Source: Cycas panzhihuaensis
Lineage: Eukaryota > Plantae > Cycadophyta
Assembly (NCBI GenBank): GCA_023213395.1
Contig: CM041465.1
Span: 123,511,741 to 123,575,740 of the forward strand
Direction of reading: 5' to 3'
DNA: 64,000 bases
Positions 30,301 through 43,418 of this stretch are shown here, piece after piece. The notes beneath the pieces were generated by a model. It was given only the letters and a program-made list of their open reading frames with translations, ran no database searches and had not been told where the DNA came from. Each line of letters starts with the position of its first letter. Position 1 is the stretch's first letter. A program made the translations under genes and the position numbers.

Positions 30301-32337
30301 CATGGAGGAGGAAACATAGGCTCTAAGTAAAAACAACATATGGGATCTAATGGAATTTCCTATAGGTCACAAGGCCATAGGAAATCAGTGGGTCTATAAG
30401 CTCGAAAGGGATGCTAATAGTATGATTAAGCAACATAGAGCCCGATTAGTGGCTAAGGGGTATGCACAGAAATCCGGTATAGATTTTGATGAGATATTTT
30501 TCCTAGTTATACATTTGAGTACTATTAGAGTTGTGTTTCCTTTGGTTAGTTCCCTTAACCTTAAATTAGAGTAGCTTAATGCGAAGATAACCTTTTTGCA
30601 TGGTAACCTCAATGAGGAGATTTATATGAAGCAATCAGAGAATCTTATATGCAGGTTGAATAAATTGTTGTATAGTCTCAAATAGGTATTAAGATGTTGG
30701 TACAACTGGTTTTATTTTTTTATGATTAGTCAAGGATTTAACAGATAAGAAGCTAATCATTATGCTTACTTTAAAATATATGATGATGATAGTTTCATTA
30801 TTTTGTTGTATGTTGACAACATATTGGTTGTAGGTTTCAACATAGATAAAATTGTCAAACTTAAGTCTCAACAAGCTAGGACATTTGAAGTGAAGGATTT
30901 AGGTGCCATAAATTAGATTTTTGGCATGAGGATACATAGAGATAAGAAGAATAGGAAGATCTGGCTTACATAAAAGACATGGAAAAGCTATTGTAGTGCT
31001 TCAACATGTAGAATACTCATTCAATTAGGTCCATATTTCTTACATACATGAAGTTGTCTTCGGAATAGAGTCCTAGTAACAAAGTAGAGAAGGCATAAAT
31101 GTCTCATGTACCATACTCATCACTCGTAGGTAGCCTAATGTTTGCCATGGTGTGTACTAGACTAAACATTACCCAAGTAGTGGGAGTTGTCAGTCAATTC
31201 ATGGAAAATCCTAGTTATGATCATTGGACTATTATGAAGTGGATCCTTCTTTTTTTGAAGGGTTAAAGTTTGCTAGATATTTAGGTGATAGGGTTTATAG
31301 ATTTAGATTTTATTGGTAACAGAGATAGATGTAAGTCTACTACAGGATATGTGTTTATTCTTGTAGGTGGAGCAATCAACTAGATAACAAAACTATAATA
31401 TGTAGTGGCATTATCTACTATAAAATAAAAATATATGGTAGCAACACAAGCCTGTAAGTAAGTGACATGGTTGGATAGATTATTAAGAAAACTACAAATC
31501 AATCAAAATATAATTGCTTTGAATTGTAACAATCAAAGTGCTTTGTACTTAGTAAGAAACCCAATGTTTTATACCAAGACAAAGCACATAGGTGTGCAAT
31601 ATCATTTTGTATGTGATATTATACCTAAAGGACATGTCTTATTACAGAAGGTCCATATTGATGACAACCTAGCAAATATGTTGACAAAGCTGATTGGAAG
31701 GGAGAACTTTATCTAGTATAGAATTACTCTAGGATTACATATAGTAGGATGATGATTAGCATGAGCATTGGTCTCTTAAAAGGAGTATGTAGTAGTATAA
31801 TTCATAATTACCACCAAGTGGGAGGATGTTGGATGTGAAGCCAATTCCGATTACTAACATGATGACTATATAGCTAATGTGTACAATTTTCCTCGAGCTA
31901 AGCATTGTGCTAGGCACAAAAATATTGGGGGGGTCCTAGGGGGATAGGCTATTGCTTCCAGGGTAGTTGAAAGTTGATCATGGTTGTTAGTCCATGATAC
32001 AATCGTAGACCATTCCTAACATAGTCGATAGGCTATGGACAAAGCAAAAAATAGTTTTTTTTTTCACTTTTTCTTTTCAAAGTAGCTTTTTGGCATGATT
32101 TTTGGTGCAGCTTTAAAGTAGGTGATTTTCTTATATAAGTTTGATCAAGTTGTTGTATTGAAATGAACAAAAATATATTTTTGATCTTGTTATTAATAAA
32201 GGAGAGACATTTGCTTGATGTTTTTTACTTTGGTACTTTGCCAGGGTTTTCCATGTAAAAATCAATGTTGTTCTCTTATACTCTATCTTAACTTCATTAC
32301 TTATTTAGTATTTTTGCATTGTTATTTTTCTCTTATA
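27364..32337 (+). mobile_element. Copia A: Ty1/copia (Tork/Tnt1-like), full length, decayed; LTRs 27364-27826 and 31827-32337
   Basis: LTR pair, flanks GTTTC/GGTTC, degenerate PBS at 27829, PPT AAGTGGGAGGA, gag FEIEKFNGSNF..LLCSLPDSWDQL, LGHMSERGL, ARLVAKGYAQKSGIDFDE, TKHIGVQYHFV. Confidence 0.93.
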
Positions 32338-35300
32338 GGTTCCAATACTAAAGTAAATACAACCAAGATCATAAATGTCCAACAAACAAGATATTTATAA
32401 TAACTAATAAAGAAGATAATATACTAGAAGAACCAAAAGGGGACAATCTAGAAGAAGAAGCAATAACAGAAATAAATAAATTAGAGATTGATGACCTTCT
32501 AAACACCAATACCAGGAACATCCAAATCTCTCTTTAAGCCATCATAAGGGAGGTCTGTATACCTCAAACAATCTATTTTATACTGTTAATAAAAAATTGT
32601 AGAAATCTTAATTTTGGTGGATATTGGGAGCACCCATAATTTCATAAATAGATCGACGATGAACAAATTGAAACTCTAGATTAAACCACTTAATATCTTT
32701 TAAGTGGCCATTACAAATGATAGGACCATGCCCTACAAAGGGTATTTCTAATATGTAGATTTATGAATAGCTAATTATACAACCACAACTTGTATGTTTA
32801 CCATGCCAATTAGGGGCATTGATGTCATTTTAGGAATTTAATGGTTACAAACTCTAGAAAATATAGTCACCAATTATAGAGCATGTTTCATGTGTTTTCA
32901 TTAGAAAGGTTGGAAGTATAAATTGCAAACCTCAGATATTCCCCAAATACAACTAGATTCTTCTCAATAAATGAAAAAATTATTATGGAAGAACCCCACT
33001 TCTTTTATGCTCTCATGTTATAAATTAAACATTGAAAAAGTTTTAACAGAAGTCTAGACCATCATTGACTAGTACAACCCAAGTGTTTAAAAAACTTCCA
33101 CAAGAATTACCCCCAAGTCGAGGGTATGAGCATGCAATTGAATTGGCTCTATAATCAACTCCTATAAACATTTGAACTTAAAATCATACATTTTATTTTA
33201 AATAGAAAAATGAGCAAATCACACAGGAGTTATTACAATAGGGATCTATCATCCTAAGAACAAGTCCACTTGCATTGGTTATCATACTTAGAAAAAATAT
33301 GGGTCTTATCGAATATTCATAGATTATCAAGCTCTAAATAAGTTAACCATAAAAAATAGATATCCTGTCCCTTAAATAGATGATTTATTAGATGGATTAT
33401 ATGGAGATAAATATTTTTCAAAAATTACAATCTAGATACTACTTAATCCAAATTAAAGAAAATGGTATTTACAAAATAGCTTTTTGAACTCACAAAGGAT
33501 TATTTAAGTTCTAGGTCATACTATTTAATTTAAACCAATGTACCTATAACTTTCCAAAGCATGATGAACCATGTTCTTAAACCTTACTTATGAAAATTTA
33601 TTTTGGTTTTCTTTAATGATATTTCGATTTATAGCAGGACTTGGTAAGAACGCTTGAGACATATATACATTATTCTTCAACTTCCACAAGATCAAAACTT
33701 CTTTGCCTAAAAGAACAAATGTATATTTGGGCAAATAAAGTTAGAGTACTTGGGTCACATCATCACTTTAAAGGGACTAAATATTGATTCCAAGAAGATT
33801 TAGGCCATCATCAACTAGCTAATGCCTAAAAATCTAACAAGGGTTCATGGATTTCTAGGAGTAGTAGAGTTTATATGATGGTTCATTAAAGGATATGTGC
33901 ATATAGTTGTACCATTAATTGATCTAACTAAGAAAGATGCTTTCATGTGGACCTAAAAGATAGAAGGATCTTTTCAAGAGTTAAAAGTAGCTAGGACCAC
34001 AACTCCCATATTAGCTACTCTTGATTTTTATAAACCATTTATGATTGAATGCAATGCGTTTAGACTTGGGATAAGTGTAGTTCTCTTATAAGAAGATCAG
34101 TCCTTGGCATACGAAAGTAGGAAGCTTAATGATTGAAAATATCTCAAACTAATTTATGATAAAGAAATGTTAGCAATTATGTATGCCATACACCAATGGT
34201 AACAATATCTTCTAGGTAATAAGTTCATAGTTAAAATTGATCCTGATAATTTAAAATATTTTCTCAAATAAATATCACTCTCCAATGAACAACAAAAATG
34301 GGTGAACAAACTCTAGACCTTTAATTTTTTGATTCTCTATAAAAGAGAGAAGGAGAATGTGGTTGTTGATGCATTATCTGGGATTCCAGTTGAAAATTTT
34401 GGAGAAAGTCCACCCACCTTACAAAGCATTACAATAATCACACCCTAAATATATTAAAGAGCTAGTTAATAGTTATAAAAATGACCTTAAATCTCATGAA
34501 GCCTTGCAAGAGATTGAAAAAGGGAATAATACAAGTATAATCTATAAGGAGAATTAATTTTAAGAAAAGGAAAGATACTAGTTCCAACAGCATCTACCAT
34601 CAAGTCAAAAATTTTAGGGGAAGGACATTGCTTAGCGATCAGAGGACACATTAACATTGACAAAACTCATCAGCAAATTCATGACACATTTTCTATAAAG
34701 GGATGAAAAATGAAATTTATAAATTCATATTTAAATGTGATGTTTGGCAAGGAAACAAAAGTAAAAATCTAAAAATCCTAAGGTTACACCAACCACTACC
34801 TATACCAAAGTAAAAATAGGAATAAATATCCATGGATTTTATCAATAGGTTACACAAATTAGAAGGGAAGGACATCATTTTTATGGTTGTAGAGCATTTG
34901 AAAAAATATGCTCACCTTTGAGGAATATAGATAATTTCTGAGGCTAATCAAATAGTAAAGATACTTATAAAATAAATTTACCATATGTACAACTTCTTAA
35001 AAGTAATTGTCAGTGACTCAGATCTAAAGTTTACAAGTAACTTTTAGCAGGACTTAGGCACCAAGCTAAACATGAGTACAACATATCATCTACAAACTAA
35101 TGGGAAAACAAAGACCATCAATAAATGTCTAAAAGGATATTTATGAAACTTCACTGCTAATAAGCAACACCAATGGCATAAATAGCTTCATTTCATTGAA
35201 TTGTTGTATAACACCATATACCATACTACCACCAAGATGATACCATTTCAAGCCCTATATGGTTTTGAACCACCGTCACTTTTTAAAAGGACTCAAACAT

Positions 35301-36754
35301 CCAAAGTCCATACTATATGAGAGTAACAATAATAAATTTAACACATTTTAGAAATTTTACAGGAAAATCTAAATTTAGCTAAAAATAGAATAAAATAATA
35401 AGTTGATCTACACAAAATAGAATGAACTTTTATCCAAAGGGATTGGGTATTTCTTCACCTTCAACTATATAATTAAACAAAATTAAAACAGTCAGGTTGA
35501 TATGAACTATAACCTAAATTCTTTAGGCCCTACAAAATTCTAGCCAAAATAGGGGAAGTAGCAGAACTTTCTTCTACTAATCACATCCACAATACATTTC
35601 ATGTTTCTTACCTTAAACAAAAATATAAGGAAGGTGTTTTGTCTAAGTTAGACCTATCTATACTACATGATGAAGGAAATTTTGTAATAGAGCCAAAAGG
35701 TATTTTATGTTAGAGTATAATGTTTAATGTTATATATGTGTCTTAGAGTCAATAGTCATAGTCATAAGTATTAGGGTCTAAGAGTCATTTATTATTATAA
35801 TATTATGTGGGAAGATAGAAACTCATTGGTTAGTTAGTTGGTATAATGTCATTGGCTAGGTTAGAGGTAATTGTCCCACATGCATCACATCTCTTGTATG
35901 TTCTTCCACCTATTTTGCATATAAAGGTGGTTGAGGTAGTGTATATAATGAAGTCAACATGGAGACTCATATTGAGTCTATGGTGCATTAATGCTCTTAT
36001 GTAATATGATTATGTTGAGTTAATACATTTTGATCTTTCCTCATTGATATTTTGATGTTGTTGTTGAATGCTTTCCATGTTAAAATCTAATATGGTATCA
36101 GAGCAAGTTGGTCACTAAGTTTACCCTTGTGCAGGTTCATCATTTTTGTGTTTAGAGGTGGAGGTAGCTATAGAGTTGAGTGCAATTTTTGGTTCGCTTA
36201 TAGAAGATGAAACTCTAAAGTTGTCTTTGTCACCAAGCTAATAATCATGTCTGATGCCTGACAAGATTATTTCTGGGTAATATCGCTCATCCACCTTGTT
36301 ATGAGAAGAAAGCTATGTGCCAAGGTTTATTTTGTGAACTTATAAAGATTTAAATTTGGTGATGACATGAAATTATCTTCATGAATTTAAACCACTAGTT
36401 GAAGTATTGGCTTTGTACATACAAGGGTTTTGTTGAAATTATTAAGGATCTAATTAGTGAAAATCAAAGATATGCAAAATTATTTGTCTTTGAAAAATAT
36501 GTCATACATGTATGCATAAAAAGATAGTCACTTTGATTACATAGAGTTTGTGACAAACCCAAGTTCTTCTCCATTATTCATAATCATTAATTATAGACAG
36601 ACCTAGTCACTCTATCAAAGTGAATTACTAGCCATTATTAATAAGAATCTGAAAAAAAAAGGAAGGCTTATTTGGAGCCATCATTCAACTATAGAAATTG
36701 TCCAAGGAAGTAAAGAATATTTATAAACGAGTGACATGGACATGGGACACTGAT

Positions 36755-37160
36755 TCAATTCTTGGGTTTCTTCATAATCATGACAATGCACTTAGCATGA
36801 TGCGAACAGTAGTCACTCACGCTCCCTAAAAATGCCCGTTTGATAGCACCATATCCATGAATACCCACGACTAAGATTTCTATTGCATGCTTCTCCACTA
36901 CTTCGCATAGAACATTTCTTGCATCACCCTCCACGATCTCCATTTCAAAGCCAACCACATATCTTGTCTCGCATAATGCCTTGGTTTTCTCCAGCACTTT
37001 CTCTGTAGTTTTCTTCAAATCAAGTTTAACTAATGGAAGTACGTCGGCCATACCTGGGCCTCCCAAGTGTAATACACTTGTTGAGGTCAGTTGAACATGA
37101 ATTAAAATCAATTTAAAGGGGGAATTTCTAGAGAACAATACAATGAGGTGATTTAGAGAC
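36755..37160 (-). pseudogene. Captured, 5'-truncated, intronless universal stress protein A-like (USP) fragment
   Basis: PFKLILIHV..GGPGMADVLP..VEGDARNVLCEVVEKH..ILVVGIHGYGAIKRAFLGSVSDYCSHHAKCIVMIMKKPK; N-terminal VA.D.S motif missing; continuous across sites where plant USP genes usually have introns. Confidence 0.9.
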
Positions 37161-37289
37161 TAAGCGACAAACCTGACAGAAAACTGAAATGGCATTTCTT
37201 ATTTTGGACTAGTAGAATGATCATTGTTATCTTCAGAATCATCCCTCTATCCATTTGACTTGAGTGTTGAAGCATTCACATCGCCCCCC

Positions 37290-38060
37290 AATAGGGACCT
37301 CAAAAGAAAGAGAGATGTGAGTCCTCTATGAATATGCTTAGCACCAAAAATCACCATTAATATATGCACATTTTAGCACCTCATGAGGAGGGATATGAGG
37401 CAAGTCAGATAACAAGGGCTCAACTACTAAGAGTAAATGTTGATGATCCACCCCAGATGCTACCATGACTATGCGTGAAGAGTATGATTCTAAAAAATTA
37501 ACTCCTCTAAAATAATACCATTTAATTTACTTATGGCAGATTCAGGAGCCAAGAGCGGATTCCCTATTGTACTAGAATAGCTAGCTGAATGTAGGGCCTC
37601 TAAAAGCAAACTTTGTGGATTATTTAAAATTTCTCCAATCTTTGTTTTTACTTTTGTTAGCTGTTCCTTCACCTCCCAGTCAAGAAAAATAGGATTCCAT
37701 ACATTGTCAATTAGCAATTCAACCATTTCTGGCACATACATTTTAAGTGCATCAAAAGTGTATGCCATATGTTCTCAGGAAGCAGATGTCGTAACATTCC
37801 CTCTAATAGCCTCCACCTCATGCACCATCTGAAAATGACTATAGTTTCATGTACTTTTAAATGCCATTTATTCGAGGAGATGAGTGGTCCCCCTTGAATT
37901 ATGTGTCTTATATATAAAACCATAATTGATGTACAATCCAACGGATGCAATGGGATTTGATGAGCTTTCAGATGAAACCTTCAAACCGTTTGGAAAAGTT
38001 ATGATTTTTGTCTACATTGGCTCTATATAATTTGGAAGCGAGAGTAGAAGACTCCTGTCG
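37290..38060 (-). pseudogene. Captured intronless fragment of mitochondrial processing peptidase alpha subunit (MPP-alpha, M16)
   Basis: One frame 38038-37490: LPNYIEP..TKIITFPNGLKVSSE..ASVGLY..GTTHLLE*MAFKST*N.SH..VHEVEAIRGNVTTSAS*EHMAYTFDALKMYVPEMVELLID.V.NPIFLDWEVKEQL..NPLLAPESA; after a frameshift RIVMVASGVDH..EPLLSDLP..THISLSFEVP. Confidence 0.9.
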
Positions 38061-41000
38061 AGAAAGCCTGGTGCGGGGTTGAATGATCTCTTGTCCCTGG
38101 TGATGACGTCTCCTCACTAGAGAATATGGCTGAAGAAGATTAAAAGAATTGCGTAGACTTAAATAAGTAGTAATTGAGGACAAAACTCAAATTTGTAAGG
38201 AGCGATGGAAGTTCAAACTCTAGGATAATTTAACTGAGTCATTGTGGAGGAGAAATCAATGACGATAGGTTGTAAGTTGATCCTCCTAGAAGAGAGAAAA
38301 ATAAATTGATAGAAAATCCATAGAAGGAGATAGTCATAATGATATTCACTCAAAGCCAAGGCTTGATTTAAAGAAATATATGTTTATTATTTAATTAAAT
38401 CTAATTAAAATATCCTCTCAAATTTGTGGATGTGAAAGATATTGAGGCAGTTTTAAAATTTTACAAATTTAAGTATGGTTTAAAATAAATTGAAATTTAT
38501 TTTGAGTTCTACTAACCCCCTAGATTTTGATCATTTGAAGTATTGATGTGACCTGAGGCTTATATTTGAAAGGGACTCAAAACTACCTTTATTCTATTTT
38601 GATGCATAATGAGGGTTCTTATATGTTTCACCTTATATCTTTACATCCAGACATCTATTTCTCAATCTGTCTGAGGTGTTGGAATCATATCTTAGAGCAA
38701 GACATATTGATATATGATTTGAAAAAATTTCTCGTTGTTTTGATAGAGTTGTTATTAGTCAAAATTGATGCATAAATTCTAAACAATGTAATCAAGTCAA
38801 CTCTTCATCATGGAGTTAATTGAGGTCATTATCTTTGTAGTAGAGAAGAAGGAGTTTTGGATAACAGGCACCAACATAGCTCTACCTAAATATGTTAGAA
38901 TTAATTTTTGAATATGGAAAATTAAAATGGAATGTGTCTTTAGAATAAAAGGGATTATAGAATGTTGTGCTTGGAAGAGTTTCAATAAATGAAGAATGGG
39001 AGGTAATCTTCAAAAAGAAAAATAGAGTAGTCGTTGATGCAATGGTTGCAACTTTTAATAAGGAGAACCTTCATCTTTCATATCACTTCCTTATTCAAAC
39101 TCTTTAAAATATCGACTCAGTTGAAGATGCCTAGAATCTACTAGCAGAAGTACAAGAAAAGGGACCTAAAGAAGTACATAAGAGTATCCAAAGGACAAGG
39201 AACCAAAGGAAGAAGCTAAAAAGGAAAGCCAAAAATCAGCATAATTCTGGTAAGGACAATCCTCACATAGACTCAAATGTTATTCCTAAAGCAAATGGAC
39301 AGGAATCTAATGATCTTTTCTCAAAATTTGATGAAGATTTAAATTCACCAAATGACCTAAGCCTCACCAAGATTACAAGAAAGCCTACATCTGGGATTAC
39401 TGGAAGAGTGGAAGTTGAAGAACTTGAATCCCAACCTTTATAGGTAATTCTTCATGGAGACACATGCACCTTGATAGAAGGTATGGGCAATATTATTCTA
39501 GTTTATGTTGATAGATTGATAGCTAGAATTCAAATAATGTTAGGACATATAATGATATGTATGTATTGGAGACTTTCTATGATTCCTCTCAACTCAGTCA
39601 CATCTTCTATTTTCATCCTTGAAAGAATCAAAATTGTGACAACATATCCTATAACAACACTAGAAAGTTCTTTTAAAGAAAGAAGGAATATAGGTAGGAT
39701 ATTATATGATCAAAATCTTGTCTGTCAAGATCATAGTATGTTTTGGATAGGCTACTTAATCATGAGGTTCAATCATACTAAAGTAATGTTCCATCTTTAT
39801 ATAGCCATAATTGGAAAATATGTGCATGTAGTCATCATGGAAATCCTCATCATACTTGGTACAAAGAATTTCTTGGGTAATATGGAGAAAATAAGGCATC
39901 TTATTAGTCCTGCACATGTAGTTGAACATGTGAAGTTAGGAAAAGGATCACCATTATCGTTGCTTCTTTCCTTTCAAGGGGGTGATCATTAGCTTAAGAA
40001 GTTAATCATCCTAGTAGGCTTGGAGACAAATAAGAAGGAATCTACTCACTTCATGAAGTTGAAATTACATATAATCATATGTGATCTAGGAAGACCACAC
40101 CTTCACCAGGAACACACAAGAAGATTTATTAGACAGGAAACATGAGGCAACATAGCAGACAAGATATATAGGTTTTGTAGTGTATTGGTTGAAGATAAAG
40201 CTTATGACATCGTCTTCAGAAAAATTCCAAGACTCAAGAAATGGAAGCTCAAACTCAAGTTAAGTCTTATGTCAATTTGTGTCAATCTTGTTAAGATATC
40301 CTTAGTTATTGTAGTCTTAACATTAAGTATTAAGGGGAGGTGTTGGAGTACAATGTCTAATGTTATATGTATGTCTTAGAGTCAATAATCATAGTCATAA
40401 GTATTAGGGTCTAAGAGTCATTTATTATTATCATATTATGTGGGAAGATAGAAGCTCATTGGTGAGTTAGTTGGTATAATGTCATTAGCTAGGTTAGAGG
40501 TAATTATCCCACATGCATCATATCTCTTGTATGTTCTCCCACCTATTTTATATATAAAGGTAGTTGAGGTAGTGTATGTAATCAAGTCATCATGGAAACT
40601 CATGTTGAGTCTATGGTACATTGCTACTCTCATGTAATCTGATTATGTTGAGTTAATACATTTTGATCTTTGCTTATTGATATTTTGATGTTGTTGTTGA
40701 ATGCTTTTCATGTTAAAATCTAACATTTTATAAGTGCATACTAAAAGACTCCAATCTAGATAAATCAAAGAATATCTTATAAAATAGAATGCAGGGGATA
40801 ACAATGACACCACTTGGGAAATAGAAGAATGGCTTTGGTAATATCCACACTTATTTGTGCTTTGAGGGTAAAGAACACTTTCAAGGGGAGGGACTTATAG
40901 CATTCCAAATATTTTGGAAGGTTGTTTTGATGATCTCCTAATGATTAGAAAAATTAACTTCCATGAAGATATTTAAGTATTTATTTCTAGAGGAGTTTCT

Positions 41001-41682
41001 GGCTAACTTCATATTCATATTAAAGAAAATTATAATTTTTCTAAATGACTTCTTTCTATAGATTTTGGCTACCTATCTAAGGGTGGTTATGGGCCTTATT
41101 TGGATCATCAAGAGGAAGAGCTTGGATTGCTATAATTTTGGCCTTAGGGCAATAATTATAGAGGGCACCTTGCCTTGAAGAGGGACCATTTATTTCAACA
41201 GAACTTACAAGAGTACTTGGTAACTTATATCTATTCTATTGACTATCTTTTCACATGCTTTACCTTCTAAACTTGAGATATTATTTAGTGGTTATTATTC
41301 ATTATCTATTTCTATAATTTTCCTTATTGCTAATATATCTTTAGATTGTTATATATTTTTGGAGTCCTTTACTCATAAACCTTAGACGAAGCTATAAGAC
41401 TGCTATATATAAAGAGTAAACTATATGCATGCTAGTATCATGTAGTATGTTCTACATTCATAGTTCTCCAAATTATAAACACAAATATAACTTATTGATC
41501 TTATGGTTCTACTATGATGTTGTATTATTAAGCTTAAGCAATATTGCAAAAGTTACATTATTTGGTATTAGAGAAATTTATATTTGCTATTCTATATTAT
41601 TTAAGAGATTGGGTCGTGGTAGTTTGGCCTCAAATTAAATTTCTTCAACCACAATGGATAGTTGGTTAGTTGGGTCATGAGA

Positions 41683-41691
41683 CTCTCTCTC

Positions 41692-41724
<33 letters not shown>
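41683..41724. repeat. (CT)n(CA)n microsatellite
   Basis: Directly visible. Confidence 0.9.
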
Positions 41725-41746
<22 letters not shown>

Positions 41747-42677
41747 AATGTATGTATACTTATCTATTAATAATTTAAGAAATTAATTAGGTGTCTATAT
41801 GCATTTTCTAAAAATAGAGTGTAGTGATTGTGTTTATATGATAACTAGAGTAAACATAGCTATAAAATTAATAGTATAAATTTTAACGTAAATGATAATT
41901 ACCATAATGATTCTCTCACATTACATACTTATAATATCACATTTTATTTATTCATAAAATAATTATCTTGATTGATTATTGTTCCTATATCCTATGGCTA
42001 TATATAAATGTTAATTGGCATGGATATTCTTATCATGCCATTATTTTACATTTACATTTCTTTACATCTATAAAAAATACATGGTTTATAATTTCATAGG
42101 AAAGTTGTTGATATTTCATGTATAGATATTTTTGAGATAAAGGAAATTTATTCTACCATATTATCAAAAGCATTAAATACAAACAAGATCTTTATCTTAA
42201 TGATTATATTTAGTGGAAAAGTCGTTTGTCTTAGTTCAAACCTATTGAAAATAATTTTCATGATAACTTATCCATAGTGATGATAATTTTGGTGGTAAAA
42301 TCAAATTTTATAGCTTTAGATCCTTTGAAGAGGAGACATGTACACACACACACACACACACATATAGATATATATGTGTGCATATGCATATATGTATGTA
42401 TACATATGAATGTATATTTGCATGTAAAATTTCAAGAAATAACTATTATACTTTAATAAAACATGTTATAATATAATATTAATGGGTTAATGTTTATCAA
42501 AATAGGAGGTGGTTGTATACCATTATAATATATTATTTTATACATACATATTTAGAATGCATAGATAGATATAATAGAATCTGAAGAGTTTGTAGATATC
42601 ATTTAGTTAGCTTTTAATATAATATAATATTAATGGATTGACACTTTCCATAGAGGCAGACAATTAGGTATTTTCAA

Positions 42678-42919
<242 letters not shown>

Positions 42920-43407
42920 TATGTATGTGTGTATTGATAGAAGAATTAATGTTGGATTTATTAATTCTTGATTTGATCAATTGTATTCTATGCTTATAAT
43001 GTTTTATAAATTGATTGGTGTTGAGGGTATTATTTTCATAAATGGGTTGTCATAACTTAATATTGTGAGCCTATGTATGTGGGGATATTTTTGCTCACAA
43101 CATTAGAATAATATTATTTTGGTTTAATCATGCAAGGTGTTAACTATCACCTTGCATGATCTTACATTTATTATTCTTCAAGCCTCTTGTAACTATCTTT
43201 TTTATTGTACATGCAAAGATTTTGTATGCAGAATATATGTTGTAATGTATCTTCATGAGATTAATGGAAGTGTGATAACTTTGGAGCTTGTGATCAATTC
43301 ATGTCTTCTTATTTATTAAATGTTGTTGATTGTTTATTGTGCTTTGTGCATATGTGATTGAGATTGGAACTTGGATCTAAACTAAGTCTAATCGTCTCTC
43401 CTTCACT

Positions 43408-43418
43408 TGGTATCAAAG
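43408..43418 (+). other. PBS (tRNA-iMet type) of an older LTR element 'F' whose leader is interrupted by copia C and E
   Basis: ..CTCTCCTTCA-CT-TGGTATCAAAG follows an LTR-like T-rich stretch; no partner LTR in the window. Confidence 0.45.

Larger units (their letters stand above)
35708..40725 (+). mobile_element. Copia B: non-autonomous Ty1/copia derivative carrying captured host-gene fragments; LTRs 35708-36092 and 40341-40725
   Basis: 385 bp LTR pair, perfect TSD TTTTA, PBS TGGTATCAGAGC 36093-36104, PPT AAGGGGAGG before 40341, decayed copia gag N-terminus at ~38880-39150 (LPKY..INF*IWKIKMECVF); no recognisable RT/INT. Confidence 0.93.
26700..41557 (+). mobile_element. Decayed chromovirus (Reina-like) Ty3/gypsy element, split by copia A and copia B; pieces 26700-27363, 32338-35707, 40726-41557
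   Basis: Gag (YF..DKLVVATLHLYGKALKWY), knuckle split by A (TCF|QY*SKYNQDHKC), protease LVDIGSTHNFI (~32615), RT/RH/INT 33200-35350, chromodomain split by B (EPKGIL|..KEYLIK*..TTWE..YPHL), PPT AAGGGGAGGGA 40883-40893, LTR-like 40896-41557. Confidence 0.85.

Noticed and set aside
36755-37768. USP and MPP-alpha as genuine host genes
   Set aside because: Truncated, intronless, MPP-alpha has stops and frameshifts, and both lie between an LTR pair with a perfect TSD.
39471-39992. 173 aa ORF in copia B
   Set aside because: No recognisable motif beyond a weak protease-adjacent IEG.G; probably decayed pol, cannot be called.
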